From: an uncultured Rhodospirillaceae bacterium
Lineage (GTDB): Bacteria; Pseudomonadota; Alphaproteobacteria; Rhodospirillales; UBA2165
Direction of reading: 5' to 3'
DNA: 64,000 nt
Assembly: GCA_913020445.1 (NCBI GenBank)
Contig: CAJWAR010000014.1
Location: 6,585-70,584 of the forward strand
Positions 39,381 through 49,841 of this stretch are shown piece after piece (position 1 is the first letter of the stretch; every line of letters starts with the position of its first letter). The notes beneath the pieces were generated by a model that saw nothing but the letters and a program-made list of their open reading frames with translations, searched no databases and was not told where the DNA came from. The position numbers and the translations under genes were made by a program.

Positions 39381-39902
39381 TTACTTCACGCCGCAGGCCT
39401 TACCGATGGCTTTATAGGCCGCGGTAAAACCGCTCAAGGAATAGGTATCTATTGTTTTGGTGCCCCGGCCGGAAAAGCCGGTAACGACCATGGATTTACC
39501 CCGGATCATCATGCCGGCAAGCGAGCGGTCAGCTTTTTGATCATGCGCCCAAGCAGTGCCGCGGTCGGTGAACAGCCGATAGACCTGGCCATCGATATTA
39601 ACGGTCACTTCGCTGTCCTTGCGATACACATAGCCGGCGCGAAGCTCAAACACATCGCGGCTTTGTTCCGCCGGACGGTGGGTCACCAGAATATAAGTGT
39701 TGCCGCGGGATTTGTATTGGCCGGTTTCCTTTTTGGGCAGGCTGGCGATATAGCAGGTTTTGGCTTTACCTTTGCCATCAAAAAAAGCGCTCCAATCGCC
39801 AAAATTATTGATCAGTGTCTGGGCCTGGCCGTCAACGGACAAGATCAGTAACAATACGCCAGCGACTGGGCCACTAATATTAACTTTCAACCAACTATTC
39901 AT
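39381..39902 (-). CDS. Invasion-associated locus B (IalB) family periplasmic protein
   Basis: 173 aa. Signal peptide, GDWSAFFDG...CYIAS...SLSGFTAAYKAIGKACG. Abuts the rlmN start. Confidence 0.75.
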   Translation of the reverse strand: MNSWLKVNISGPVAGVLLLILSVDGQAQTLINNFGDWSAFFDGKGKAKTCYIASLPKKETGQYKSRGNTYILVTHRPAEQSRDVFELRAGYVYRKDSEVTVNIDGQVYRLFTDRGTAWAHDQKADRSLAGMMIRGKSMVVTGFSGRGTKTIDTYSLSGFTAAYKAIGKACGVK

Positions 39903-40525
39903 TCTTCTTCCACTAATTCGTCCACTGAATCTTCTGGGCCATAATGACTATCAGGTGGCGTATCCAAAAACTGGTCCATTTGCGTCCGCTGGGTGGGACT
40001 GCCGTAAACGTGATCCGGCAAAGATTCAAGCTCGCCGCCCGGCGTTTCCGGTCGACGGGCAAAATTACCCAGCGATTTTACCCGATCATACATCACAATG
40101 GCACCGGCAAGTCCGACATTGATAGAGAATTTTGTCGGAATTTTGATCGTATAGCTGCATTTTTCGATCATTTCCGGCGATAGGGAGCCCCGTTCCGGCC
40201 CCAGAATATAGGCCGCCTGGCGGGGGTGGCGAAAACTTGGCAGATCAATTGCTTCGTCGATCAGCTCAATACCAACTAAACTACAGCCTTCCGGCAAGAC
40301 CATCGAGTCGATATTGGGGAAGCTATAGAAGGGCACATGGGCGGGCGCGTCCGAGGTGTCGGTCCGGCCACCGGCGCGGCGTGTATAAGCCGCATTGACG
40401 GTAAACATAAAGTCAGCGCCAAAGGCATGAGCCGAACGAAACAGACTGCCGACATTCATGGATTTACTGATCTTTTCCGCTCCGATGCCGAAATATCCGC
40501 GCATCAAACTCTCCCACACAAACAA
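39899..40525 (-). CDS. SpoU/TrmH-family RNA methyltransferase
   Basis: 208 aa. YFGIGAEKISKSMNVGSLFRSAHAFGA...ILGPERGSLS...IPT...SINVGLAGAIVMYD. Confidence 0.8.
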   Translation of the reverse strand: MFVWESLMRGYFGIGAEKISKSMNVGSLFRSAHAFGADFMFTVNAAYTRRAGGRTDTSDAPAHVPFYSFPNIDSMVLPEGCSLVGIELIDEAIDLPSFRHPRQAAYILGPERGSLSPEMIEKCSYTIKIPTKFSINVGLAGAIVMYDRVKSLGNFARRPETPGGELESLPDHVYGSPTQRTQMDQFLDTPPDSHYGPEDSVDELVEEE

Positions 40526-40635
40526 TTTACGTGTAATTGGCTCCCAATTTGGTCAAAATCATTTAAGAATCAAGGGTTGAGTTCAGTTATAGCTGAATTT
40601 TGTTAAGACAATAAGGCCTGAAGGATCGCAACAAG

Positions 40636-42294
40636 ATGTGGGAACGGCGAATTAGAATGTGGTCCGGGGTCATCATCGCCCTCTATGTCATTCCGCATGT
40701 CATAAACCACGCGCTTGGTCTAATTTCCTACGACGTCATGGAAAGTATGCGCCACGGTATGAAGGCGATTTGGGGCCCCCCAATCGGGGCGCCTTTTTTA
40801 TTGCTGGCTTTTCTGACCCATTTCTTTTTATCTTTGTTTGCGCTGTATCGGCGAAGCTCGCTTCGAATGCCGCTCTGGGAGGCCGTGCAGATCGGCCTCG
40901 GTATCCTTATTTTCCCGATGATCCTGATCCACGTCATTGGCACCGCCATCGCCGGACAAATCATCGGATTTGACACCACTTACGAATATTTGATCTCGGT
41001 ATTGTGGATCGCCAAACCCATGCGCGGCGTCCAGCAAAGCTTGATGCTGCTGATCGTCTGGGGGCATCTTTGGGTCGGCCTGCATTTCTGGCTCCGGCTC
41101 AAAGCCTGGTACCAGGACTGGTTTATTATCATTTATGCCTTTGCTGTCGTGACGCCTGTATTGGCGCTTTTGGGGTTTGCCCGCATCGGCCGGCAGTTGG
41201 ATCAGGTTAACGCAAGTGATCCCAACTTTCTCAACCGCGTTTTTAAACCGGTCAATGACTATGGTGCGGAAAGCGTCAACAATTTGCTCGGCCTTGAATT
41301 TATTGGCTGGTACGTTTTTGGCGGCCTGGTGATCTCGGTTTTTGTCGCCCGCTTCATCCGGCGGCTTTATCGTAATCGTCATGGCATATATCGCCTCAAA
41401 GTGACGGATAATATTTTACTCCGTGCACCGGTCGGACAAAGCATCCTGGAAACTTTACGAATTGCCGGTATTCCGCACGCCGCCGTCTGTGGCGGGCGCG
41501 GGCGTTGCACGACCTGCCGGGTTCATGTCGGTGAGGCTTTTATGGAACTGCCCCTGCCGGAGGAACTCGAACGCAAAGCGTTGACGCGCGTCCATGCGGA
41601 GCCGGAAGTGCGGCTGGCCTGCCAAACGAAACCACGGCGGGATTTAGCCATTCGCCCGATGCTGCCGCCAACTGCAACCGCCAGAGATGCCAATCGGCCC
41701 GGCGGCATTCAGGGCCGCGAGCAGAAAGTCGCGGTGATGTTTATTGATCTCAGGGGATCAACCAAACTCGGTGAGGAAAAGCTGCCCTATGACGTGCTGT
41801 TTATTCTCAATCAGTTTTTCGCCGAGATGTCGGAAGCCCTCGCGGAAACCGACGGCCATTATGCGCAGTTTTCGGGGGACGGCTTGATGGCCTTGTACGG
41901 GCTTAAATCAGATGTCGATCAGGGCTGCCGGGACGCAATTAAAGGGGCTGTCAATATGGTCGAACGGCTGGCCATGCTCAACGAGCGATTGGCACGCGAG
42001 GTTAAAGAACCGCTCCGCATGGGCATCGGTATTCATTGCGGCGATGCCATTGTCGGTACCATGGGCCCACCGAGCGCGCAAAACTTTTCGGCCATTGGTG
42101 ATGATGTCAACGTGACGGCACGGCTCGAAAGTCTGACCAAGGAATACGGCGTGCCGCTGATTATTTCGGCTGCGGCGGCAAAATGTGCGGCAATCGATGT
42201 CTCAGGATTGCCCCAGCATCAAGCGGATGTGCGGGGCCACGAAGGTGACATTACCATTTACACCGTCGCGGAACCCCAAAATATTAGTCTCTAG
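40636..42294 (+). CDS. Membrane-anchored 2Fe-2S ferredoxin-domain adenylate/guanylate cyclase
   Basis: 552 aa. About 6 TM segments with conserved His residues, plant-type ferredoxin Cys pattern CGGRGRCTTCRV...LACQ, and a class III cyclase domain (VMFIDLRGSTKL, FSGDGLMALYG, GIHCGDAIVGTMG). Confidence 0.85.
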   Translation: MWERRIRMWSGVIIALYVIPHVINHALGLISYDVMESMRHGMKAIWGPPIGAPFLLLAFLTHFFLSLFALYRRSSLRMPLWEAVQIGLGILIFPMILIHVIGTAIAGQIIGFDTTYEYLISVLWIAKPMRGVQQSLMLLIVWGHLWVGLHFWLRLKAWYQDWFIIIYAFAVVTPVLALLGFARIGRQLDQVNASDPNFLNRVFKPVNDYGAESVNNLLGLEFIGWYVFGGLVISVFVARFIRRLYRNRHGIYRLKVTDNILLRAPVGQSILETLRIAGIPHAAVCGGRGRCTTCRVHVGEAFMELPLPEELERKALTRVHAEPEVRLACQTKPRRDLAIRPMLPPTATARDANRPGGIQGREQKVAVMFIDLRGSTKLGEEKLPYDVLFILNQFFAEMSEALAETDGHYAQFSGDGLMALYGLKSDVDQGCRDAIKGAVNMVERLAMLNERLAREVKEPLRMGIGIHCGDAIVGTMGPPSAQNFSAIGDDVNVTARLESLTKEYGVPLIISAAAAKCAAIDVSGLPQHQADVRGHEGDITIYTVAEPQNISL

Positions 42295-42611
42295 TAGATA
42301 CCTTTCGCGGCAAATTCACTGCGTTTTTGGATAATCTGATCAACCAGTTGCTGATCCTTAGGAGAGCTCAACGGATCGTCCCAGGCTGACCTCGCCGCCT
42401 CTTTTTCCGCCATTTCGCGTGTAATACCAAGATCACGCAGTTGGGCATCATCCATATTGGACAATTGATAGCGCTGGCGGGCGAGTTCATTCCGGCGCTT
42501 CACAATGAGGACCGCATTATTCACCATAATAGTCGCTGTTGCCTTAGCGGTGAACCAGATGCTTTTACCGGCAGCAGCAAAAACTTGCGAAATATCAATG
42601 CTTTTATCCAT
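42291..42611 (-). CDS. DUF1127-containing small protein
   Basis: ATG 42611 with a GAGG SD gives 106 aa. DUF1127-like LSNMDDAQLRDLGITRE. The track ORF extended to 42803 would overlap the LysR gene. Confidence 0.65.
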   Translation of the reverse strand: MDKSIDISQVFAAAGKSIWFTAKATATIMVNNAVLIVKRRNELARQRYQLSNMDDAQLRDLGITREMAEKEAARSAWDDPLSSPKDQQLVDQIIQKRSEFAAKGIY

Positions 42612-42634
42612 AACGGACCTCACTAAGTTAAAAA

Positions 42635-42678
42635 GATTAATCGATGAGCCTGATATGCGCTTATTCGATTGATTAATC
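42635..42678. promoter_or_regulatory. Inverted repeat GATTAATCGAT...ATTGATTAATC in the DUF1127/LysR divergent region
   Basis: 11-bp arms at 42635-42645 and 42668-42678 with one mismatch. About 60 nt upstream of the LysR start. Confidence 0.3.
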
Positions 42679-42735
42679 CAACGAATTGTTTTAATAGTAC
42701 CCATTAGATATTCTAATGATACAAAGGTATCAGAA

Positions 42736-43602
42736 ATGAACATCAATATACCCACCGATGTGTTACGCACCTTTGTGGCGATCGCTGATACCGACAGCTT
42801 CACCCAAGCTGCCGATCAGGTTTTCCGTACTCAGTCAGCCGTTAGCCAGCAGGTTAATAAGCTCGAGCAGACCATCGGCAAGGAATTGTTTGTGCGCGAC
42901 GGCAGGAGCATTTTTTTATCGCCGGACGGCAATGAGTTCGTTGGCTATGCCCGCCGGATATTGAAATTGCATGACGAGGCGGTCTCCGTCTTTACCGAGC
43001 CGTATCTCGAGGGTCTGGTCCGCTTCGGTATTCCGGATGATTATGTCGAAGCCTATCTGCCGCGCATATTGTCGAGCTCGGCGGAAGCCTTCCCGCGTAT
43101 TCAGTTTGAAATTGAGTGCCAATCCAGCGAAGAATTGGTTGCCGAGCTAAAAAAATGCAACCTCGACATCATACTGATTACTAACCGGCCCGGCTTTCCG
43201 AAAGGCGATGTCGTGTCGCGCCAAGAAGTTGTATGGGTTACGTCACCGACCCATTTTGTTCACGAAGAAGATCCGCTGCCGGTTGCCTTATTTGAAGCGA
43301 CCTGTTCGGTCCGTCAGGCGGTGTTGGAAAAACTTGATAAAATGGGGCGCAATTACCGAATGGCTTATTCAAGCCCCAATCATGCTGGCCTCACCGCTGC
43401 TGTTAAGGCCGGCCTAGCGGTCACGGCACTGGCGCGCTGTGCGGTGCCGGCTGGTTTGCGGGAATTGACGCCCGAGGAGGGATTTCCGGCTTTACCGGCA
43501 AGTCCGCTCAGCTTGTTACGTTGCGAAAACCGGTCGCAGGCGATCGACCGTGTTACAAGCCACATCCTGGATGGATTTAATAACGGCTTGTTTGCTGCCT
43601 AG
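42736..43602 (+). CDS. LysR-family transcriptional regulator
   Basis: 288 aa. N-terminal wHTH LRTFVAIADTDSFTQAADQVFRTQSAVSQQVNKLE. Confidence 0.9.
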   Translation: MNINIPTDVLRTFVAIADTDSFTQAADQVFRTQSAVSQQVNKLEQTIGKELFVRDGRSIFLSPDGNEFVGYARRILKLHDEAVSVFTEPYLEGLVRFGIPDDYVEAYLPRILSSSAEAFPRIQFEIECQSSEELVAELKKCNLDIILITNRPGFPKGDVVSRQEVVWVTSPTHFVHEEDPLPVALFEATCSVRQAVLEKLDKMGRNYRMAYSSPNHAGLTAAVKAGLAVTALARCAVPAGLRELTPEEGFPALPASPLSLLRCENRSQAIDRVTSHILDGFNNGLFAA

Positions 43603-43605
43603 CGA

Positions 43606-44865
43606 CTATTCGGCGGCTGGGGCCGGCTCGGGCGCTGTGGCGGTTTCTTTGATCGGCAGATGAAGCAGGGCCGCAACGATGCCTAAGCCAATGGCGATTT
43701 GCCAAACCAGCGTATAGGAACCGGTTGCGTCATACAGGTAGCCGCCCAGCCAAATCGAGGAAAACGATCCCAATTGGTGGGAGCAGAAAACAATCCCGGC
43801 CAAAGTCGCCAAATATTTAATCCCAAAGAGCTGACCGACCAACGCGTTGGTCAGCGGCACCGTCGCCAGCCACAAGAAACCAATGCAAAAACAGAAGATC
43901 AATACCGACGTTACTGATATCGGGAAAATCAAGAATATCGAAATCACCACTGCACGTGAGAAATAAAGTATGCTGAGGAGATATTTCTTAGAGTATTTAT
44001 CGCCGAGATAGCCGAACCCAAACGTGCCGATCAAATTTGTAATGCCGATGAGACTGATCGCCGTCCCCGGCAGCCAGTCCGGCATATTCTGGTTGAGCAG
44101 GAATGTTGGTAAATGGGCCATCACAAACATAACCTGAAAGCCGCAGACAAAAAAACCGGCCGTGAGAAATAAATAACCGGAATGCTGGCGCGCCCGGTCT
44201 AGCGTCTGCAACAGGGTTTCAGCCTGCTCTTTGCCGGCTGAATGATCTTCCGTTTTGCCCTTCAAAATATAGGCCAAGGGCACGATCATACTGATCATCA
44301 CGGCGAGAATTAACAGCGCGCCGACCCAACCGAAATTGAGAATTGTGAACTGATTAAACGGCGCGAGGAGAATTTGACCGCCGGTGCCGACTGAGCCGCC
44401 GATACCGAAAAACAATGTGCGTTTGCTTTCCGGCACATTGCGGGCGATCACCGAAAGCAAAACTGCCCAGGTCGTGCCGGCGCCTGAAATACCGATGATG
44501 ATACCAGCACTGGCGTGTAACTCCCATTCTGAACTGGCAGTAGCGAGCCAGACTAAACCAAGGGCTTGAAGAATACCGGCAACCGCGATGACCCGGCCGG
44601 AGCCGAATTTGTCGGCGATGGCGCCGACGAACGGTTGTGATACGCCCCACAGTAAATTTTGCAGCGCCAGAGAAAACGAGAACGCCGAAATACCGATGCC
44701 GAAGGCTTGCGAAATCGGCGACTGGAACAGACCGAAGCTTTGCCGCATACCCATTGAGAACAGCAGAACGAGACTGGCGCAAAAGACAATGAGAATGGCC
44801 CGGTTGCTGACTTTGCCACTGGTATTTTCTGGCATCAAGTGCTCCTGAGAGTTATTGTTCGACAC
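43606..44865 (-). CDS. MFS transporter
   Basis: 419 aa, 12 TM segments, GAIADKFGSGRV (MFS loop 2-3 motif). Confidence 0.85.
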   Translation of the reverse strand: MSNNNSQEHLMPENTSGKVSNRAILIVFCASLVLLFSMGMRQSFGLFQSPISQAFGIGISAFSFSLALQNLLWGVSQPFVGAIADKFGSGRVIAVAGILQALGLVWLATASSEWELHASAGIIIGISGAGTTWAVLLSVIARNVPESKRTLFFGIGGSVGTGGQILLAPFNQFTILNFGWVGALLILAVMISMIVPLAYILKGKTEDHSAGKEQAETLLQTLDRARQHSGYLFLTAGFFVCGFQVMFVMAHLPTFLLNQNMPDWLPGTAISLIGITNLIGTFGFGYLGDKYSKKYLLSILYFSRAVVISIFLIFPISVTSVLIFCFCIGFLWLATVPLTNALVGQLFGIKYLATLAGIVFCSHQLGSFSSIWLGGYLYDATGSYTLVWQIAIGLGIVAALLHLPIKETATAPEPAPAAE

Positions 44866-44916
44866 CCAAACGAATAGATAAACTCTATCCGCCTAAAGAG
44901 CGAGACGCAAACAAGT

Positions 44917-44988
44917 GTTAATTTCCGACTGTCGTGAAATTCACACCAATTCACAACTTTGTTAATTTCCGACTGTCGATTAATTATT
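44917..44988. repeat. Direct repeat GTTAATTTCCGACTGTCG x2; the second copy extends into the CGACTGTCGATTAATTATT motif shared with 23383-23516
   Basis: Copies at 44917-44934 and 44961-44978. 44970-44988 is identical to 23394-23412. Confidence 0.8.
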
Positions 44989-45000
44989 ATGCCTTTAGAA

Positions 45001-47022
<2,022 letters not shown>

Positions 47023-47102
47023 TGCCACACCCTCAGCGATGCTTTCTGTTTCCAATCCCGCCCGTTTGATATATCGATTAGGCCAATGAGTGACGAGACC
47101 CC

Positions 47103-48029
47103 ATGCTAGACCGCCTGCAATCCTCCTTTCAGAAGCTCCCCCCAAACATTCGTGGTGGGATTTGGATGATATTAGCCGGCGTCTTTTTCACTTTTCTAGG
47201 CGTCATGATCCGCATGGCCAACAAAGAAGTTCATGTGCTGGAAATTGTCTTTTTCCGCTATTTCATTAGCCTGCTGATTATGGCGCCATGGATGATGCGG
47301 CGCGGCCTTAGCGGTTTGCGTGGTAATAATCTGCCGCTGCTGGGCGCCAGAAGTGTCTCCAGTTATATCGGCGCGATGCTGTGGTTTGCCTCAATCATTT
47401 TTCTGCCCTTGGCCGAAGCGACGGCGCTCGGCTACACCATGCCGCTTTTTGTCACCCTCGGAGCCGTGCTGTTTTTAGGCGAAATTGTGCGTAAACGGCG
47501 CTGGTGGGCGCTGTTTGCAGGCTTTGCCGGCACCCTGATCATTTTAAGGCCCGGTATCGAGGCGATATCCTGGCCAGCGTTATTTGCCATTGGTGCCGCT
47601 CTCTTTATTGCCATCTCAGCCCTGATGGTAAAAGTGCTGAGCCGTCGAGATTCACCGGATACTATCGTGTTGTACATGGCTGTTTTCTCAACTCCTCTTT
47701 CCTTGGTTGCGGCGACATTCGTTTGGGTAACACCGTCGCTGGAAACATTGTTGTGGCTGGTCGGTATTGGGACGGCCTCAACTCTTGCGCATCTCGCCTA
47801 TACCCGCTCCTTTGCCATTGCCGACGCCTCAGCCGTGTTGCCCTATGACTATTTGCGGTTGCTGATGGTCGCGGCTGTTGGTTTTGCGATTTATGGTGAG
47901 GTGCTTGATTTTTGGACCTGGGTTGGCACCGCTGTCATTGTCGGCTCGACTTTTTATATCGCCCGACGGGAAGCTATCACGGCGAGAAAATCCAAGACCG
48001 AGCCTAGCTCAGCCTCACCCCTCCAGTAA
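47103..48029 (+). CDS. DMT-superfamily (EamA-like) transporter
   Basis: 308 aa, 10 TM segments, duplicated EamA architecture. Confidence 0.85.
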   Translation: MLDRLQSSFQKLPPNIRGGIWMILAGVFFTFLGVMIRMANKEVHVLEIVFFRYFISLLIMAPWMMRRGLSGLRGNNLPLLGARSVSSYIGAMLWFASIIFLPLAEATALGYTMPLFVTLGAVLFLGEIVRKRRWWALFAGFAGTLIILRPGIEAISWPALFAIGAALFIAISALMVKVLSRRDSPDTIVLYMAVFSTPLSLVAATFVWVTPSLETLLWLVGIGTASTLAHLAYTRSFAIADASAVLPYDYLRLLMVAAVGFAIYGEVLDFWTWVGTAVIVGSTFYIARREAITARKSKTEPSSASPLQ

Positions 48030-48614
48030 TTTCAGGACATTTTGCCGCAAGACCGGCAATAACTCGACCTCAAACCAGGGGTTCTTTTTTAGCCATCCTG
48101 TGGTACGCCACGATGGATGCGGCGTCGGCACGATAGAGGGGTCAAATTCCCGCCAATGATGCACCGTTTCGGTGAGCGTTTTTATGTTTCGCTCGGCTAA
48201 ATAATATTTTTGCGCATACATGCCGACGAGCAAAGTGAGTTTAATATCCGGCAGCTCGGCTAGAATCTTCTCATGCCAAGCCGGCGCACATTCCGGCCGG
48301 GGCGGTTTGTCGCCGCCACGCTCAAGCCGGCCCGGATAACAGAACCCCATCGGCATGATAGCGATCCGGCGGTCATCGTAAAATATCTCACGGGTCACCC
48401 CCAACCAATCCCTGAGCCGGTCACCGGAGGGATCGTTCCACGGGATGCCGGTCTCATGCACCTTGGTGCCGGGAGCCTGGCCGATGATCATAATTTTGGC
48501 CGAAGATTTTGCCGCCATCGTCGGGCGCGGACCCAGCGGCAAATCATCGGCGCAGATTTCGCAAGCACGGATTTCTTTTAGAACTTCATGCAATTTATTT
48601 TTTTGGGATACCAT
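48015..48614 (-). CDS. Uracil-DNA glycosylase superfamily protein
   Basis: ATG 48614 gives 199 aa. CEIC...IIGQAPG (motif A) and PHPS (motif B). Its 5' end overlaps the cobB stop by 20 nt. Confidence 0.75.
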   Translation of the reverse strand: MVSQKNKLHEVLKEIRACEICADDLPLGPRPTMAAKSSAKIMIIGQAPGTKVHETGIPWNDPSGDRLRDWLGVTREIFYDDRRIAIMPMGFCYPGRLERGGDKPPRPECAPAWHEKILAELPDIKLTLLVGMYAQKYYLAERNIKTLTETVHHWREFDPSIVPTPHPSWRTTGWLKKNPWFEVELLPVLRQNVLKLLEG

Positions 48615-49338
48615 TGGCCAAAATTTCATCAACATAAGCCGGAATGAGATTGGTAGCCGAGCCATACCGCGCTTCGGCAAAGAACGTCGCTCCTTCAGAT
48701 GGTTCAAGGTTGAGCTCGATTGTGTGGGCTGAGCCCTGGCTCCGTGCATGCTGGACAAATCCTGCCGCCGGATAGACATTGCCTGAGGTGCCGATTGAAA
48801 TAAATAAGGCACAATCTTCAAGCAGGCCGTAGATCCGATCCATCTCCAACGGCATTTCACCGAACCAGACAACATGCGGGCGCAGCCGGTTTACTTCAGC
48901 GCAAGCGGGACAGCTTTCACCCTTGCCGAGATCATCTCCGCACGGGCTCAATCCGCCACAGGCGCCACAGCGCGCTTTTAGAATCTCGCCATGCATATGG
49001 ATTAAGTTTTCTGAGCCGGCAGTCTCGTGCAGATTGTCGATGTTTTGGGTGACGATGGTTACCAATCCGCCAGCTTTTTCCGGCCATTCTTTTTCGAGTC
49101 GCGCCAACGCATCGTGAGCGCCATTGGGTTTGATATTACCGCTCAACAACGGACGGCGGCGGGCATTGTAAAACCCTTGCACTTTTTCCGGGTCGCGGCG
49201 AAAAGCTTCCGGCGTTGCGACATCTTCGATACGGACTTTCGACCAAATGCCATCTTCGTCGCGGAAGGTTTCAAGACCGGATTCTTTCGAAATGCCGGCG
49301 CCGGTTAAAATAACAATGTTTTGAACGCGATGTTCCAT
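48595..49338 (-). CDS. cobB: NAD-dependent protein deacylase (Sir2 family)
   Basis: ATG 49338 gives 247 aa. GAGISKESGLETFRD, QNIDNLH, Zn ribbon CGACG...CPAC. Confidence 0.9.
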   Translation of the reverse strand: MEHRVQNIVILTGAGISKESGLETFRDEDGIWSKVRIEDVATPEAFRRDPEKVQGFYNARRRPLLSGNIKPNGAHDALARLEKEWPEKAGGLVTIVTQNIDNLHETAGSENLIHMHGEILKARCGACGGLSPCGDDLGKGESCPACAEVNRLRPHVVWFGEMPLEMDRIYGLLEDCALFISIGTSGNVYPAAGFVQHARSQGSAHTIELNLEPSEGATFFAEARYGSATNLIPAYVDEILANGIPKK

Positions 49339-49366
49339 ATAGAGTATGGGACAGTGGGAGACATTC

Positions 49367-49840
49367 GTGGTCAAGGTTCTTTTTATCTGTATGGGAAATA
49401 TTTGCCGCTCGCCAACGGCGGAAGGGGTATTTCGCTTTGTTGTCAAAGAAGCCGGATTAGCGGACAAGATCGAGATTGATTCGGTTGGCACCGGTTCGTG
49501 GCATGTTGGCGACCCGCCCGACCGGCGATCGCAAGAAGCGGCGGCCAGGCGCGGTATTGATATCTCACACCAACGTTCCCGCCAGATCAGCAGCGACGAT
49601 ATTCTCGAATTTGATTATCTTGTCGCCATGGATCGCAGCAATATTGATAATCTCGAACATTTGGTTCCCGCCGACATGACGCAAAAGCTATCACGCTTTT
49701 TGGAATTTGCGCCTAAGCTGAACCACTCGGATGTACCGGACCCCTATTATGGCGGGGTATCCGGATTTGACGTTGTGCTTGATCTGATCGAGGAAGCGTC
49801 TAAAGGGTTGCTCGCCCATATCCGCAAAAACGATCTCTGA
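49367..49840 (+). CDS. Low-molecular-weight protein-tyrosine phosphatase
   Basis: VLFICMGNICRSPTAEG (CX5R P-loop) and DPYY. GTG 49367 (GGGAG SD) preferred; ATG 49346 is possible. Confidence 0.9.
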   Translation: MVKVLFICMGNICRSPTAEGVFRFVVKEAGLADKIEIDSVGTGSWHVGDPPDRRSQEAAARRGIDISHQRSRQISSDDILEFDYLVAMDRSNIDNLEHLVPADMTQKLSRFLEFAPKLNHSDVPDPYYGGVSGFDVVLDLIEEASKGLLAHIRKNDL

Positions 49841-49841
49841 G

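Noticed and set aside
42612-42803. N-terminal 64-codon extension of the DUF1127 ORF (track start 42803)
   Set aside because: It would overlap the LysR start by 68 nt and span the shared promoter region. The internal ATG at 42611 has a GAGG SD.
47023-47145. N-terminal 41-codon extension of acetoacetyl-CoA synthetase. Similar 5' extensions occur on the UDG (to 48875), cobB (to 49491), tesA-like (to 52594) and dapD (from 17159) ORFs
   Set aside because: The extensions overlap neighbouring divergent or upstream genes and add non-conserved sequence ahead of well-known N-termini. The internal starts have better SD context.
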